In this document: piece by piece, positions 63,147-64,000 of the stretch
Layout: the number at the start of each line of letters is the position of its first letter
Numbering within the stretch: the stretch's first letter is position 1
Assembly: GCA_045597925.1 (NCBI GenBank)
Contig: JAZLLB010000200.1
Location: 13,574 to 77,573, forward strand
Direction: 5' to 3'
Source of the DNA: Acutalibacteraceae bacterium
GTDB lineage: Bacteria > Bacillota > Clostridia > Oscillospirales > Acutalibacteraceae
Length of the DNA stretch: 64,000 nucleotides
Notes under the pieces: generated by a model
What the model was told of the DNA's origin: nothing
The model's input: the letters and a program-made list of their open reading frames with translations, nothing else
The model's database searches: none
Program-made: the position numbers and the translations under genes

Positions 63147-64000
63147 ATGAAACGTACTGTTACAAAAATCGTTTCCGTCATTCTCTGTCTTGTTATGGTG
63201 TTCTCAATTGCGGGAACCGGCGCATCGGCAAGAAAAGACGAAAACGGTACGACTGTTTACAGAGACCTTCTTCTCGGTATTGACAAGGTAGCTGTTACCA
63301 AAGACATTTTTAACGGCATGGAAGATATGTCTCAGCCGGGTGCTTTCGGCAACAACGTTATGAAGGTTCTTTATAATCTTCTTAACATACTTGTAGAAAA
63401 TGTTCTCAGAGGCATCGTACGTCTTACTCCCAATCCGAAGGACTGGCAGAAGATTAAGGATTACAGTGCTAAAGACGCCGCTTTCCTTGCCGGCAGAGAT
63501 ACATATCAGACAACAGCGAAAGAAGGCAGTCACTGGTCACTCGGATATTCAAGCCGCAGCTTTGTTCCCGAGGATATAGGCGAAGGCAGATATTATATCG
63601 GCCGTGACGTTAAACCCAGAGTCGCGAAAGATGTTTATGATGACAACAGAGTCCGTGTATGCGTTATTGACGACAACAGCGGCGAAGGCGTTGAGGTATT
63701 CGGCGCGATTGACTCTCTCGGCGTAACATCAACTGATGTCCGTTCAATAAGAAAGGGCGTTCTTGAATACTGTGAATCAAAGGGCATCAAGGTCGCGAGT
63801 ATTGATATCGCCTCAACACACGCGCATACCGCTCTTGATACTCAGGGCGTAGGCACAGCTTTCTTCTATAAACTTTTCTTAGGCGGTCTCGCGAATATTT
63901 TCCCGGGTATTTACAAGGCTTCTTTCCTTAAAGATTCAGACAGCTTCAAAGAGTATTTCATTGAGCAGTCAATCATCGCCTGCGAAGAGGCTTTTGAAGA
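63147..64000 (+). CDS. 5' part of a secreted hydrolase, neutral-ceramidase-N-terminal-like; runs off the window
   Basis: GGAGG SD at 63133-63137, signal peptide 'VSVILCLVMVFSIAGTGASA', 'RVRVCVIDD...VFGAIDSLGV...IASTHAHTALDTQG'. Not in the ORF track because no stop lies inside the window. Confidence 0.5.
   Translation, partial: MKRTVTKIVSVILCLVMVFSIAGTGASARKDENGTTVYRDLLLGIDKVAVTKDIFNGMEDMSQPGAFGNNVMKVLYNLLNILVENVLRGIVRLTPNPKDWQKIKDYSAKDAAFLAGRDTYQTTAKEGSHWSLGYSSRSFVPEDIGEGRYYIGRDVKPRVAKDVYDDNRVRVCVIDDNSGEGVEVFGAIDSLGVTSTDVRSIRKGVLEYCESKGIKVASIDIASTHAHTALDTQGVGTAFFYKLFLGGLANIFPGIYKASFLKDSDSFKEYFIEQSIIACEEAFE

Noticed and set aside
1-64000. tRNA, rRNA, riboswitch/T-box leaders, IS elements
   Set aside because: No intergenic region shows cloverleaf-type structure, rRNA-like sequence, a long structured leader upstream of a biosynthetic or transport gene, or a transposase ORF with terminal inverted repeats. 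These absences were judged by eye only.

Overview
The window looks like a Firmicutes/Clostridia chromosome segment. That taxonomic call is inferred from gene order (ctsR-mcsA-mcsB-clpC and phoH-ybeY-dgkA-era-yqzL-recO-mutS2), and the element may be Oscillospiraceae/Ruminococcaceae-like. All functional calls come from motif recognition by eye in the supplied ORF translations; no similarity search was run. About 59 protein genes are supported. I saw no rRNA, tRNA, CRISPR array, transposase or integrase.

Gene content, left to right:
- 1-18.9 kb: a carbohydrate/envelope accessory region. It holds a GH92 mannosidase-like gene, a chagasin-type inhibitor, a methyltransferase, a Gfo/Idh/MocA oxidoreductase, MATE and MFS transporters, a beta-helix protein, an ABC pair, a beta-lactamase-fold hydrolase and a degenerate GDPD-like protein.
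- 19.0-28.5 kb: lexA, then a long minus-strand array: nifS-thiI-cinA, followed by two class B sortase paralogs that flank a K/E/A-rich protein.
- 28.9-33.5 kb: the class III heat-shock operon with textbook CtsR operators.
- 33.5-38 kb: an XRE-controlled envelope cluster.
- 38-53.4 kb: housekeeping genes (pepP-like, U32, zapA, phoH, ybeY, dgkA, era, recO, mutS2, a radical SAM pair, CPBP).
- 53.5-60.0 kb: an eight-gene phage head/packaging module.
- 60.2-63.0 kb: rluA plus two COG0523-like GTPases, one with an extreme His/Asp/Cys tract.

Strongest hunt results:
1. An intact-looking, tightly coupled phage capsid and packaging operon that has no tail, lysis, integration or replication genes and is embedded between housekeeping genes.
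2. A twin sortase-B locus with no recognisable substrate.
3. A low-GC two-gene insertion, plus a 154-bp tandem composite repeat, that breaks the conserved era-yqzL-recO block.
4. A hairpin-plus-'ATTGCCTTAA' intergenic element that recurs at 8 or more sites.
5. A soluble GTPase with a DUF1980-like C-terminus, next to a hyper-His COG0523 protein.
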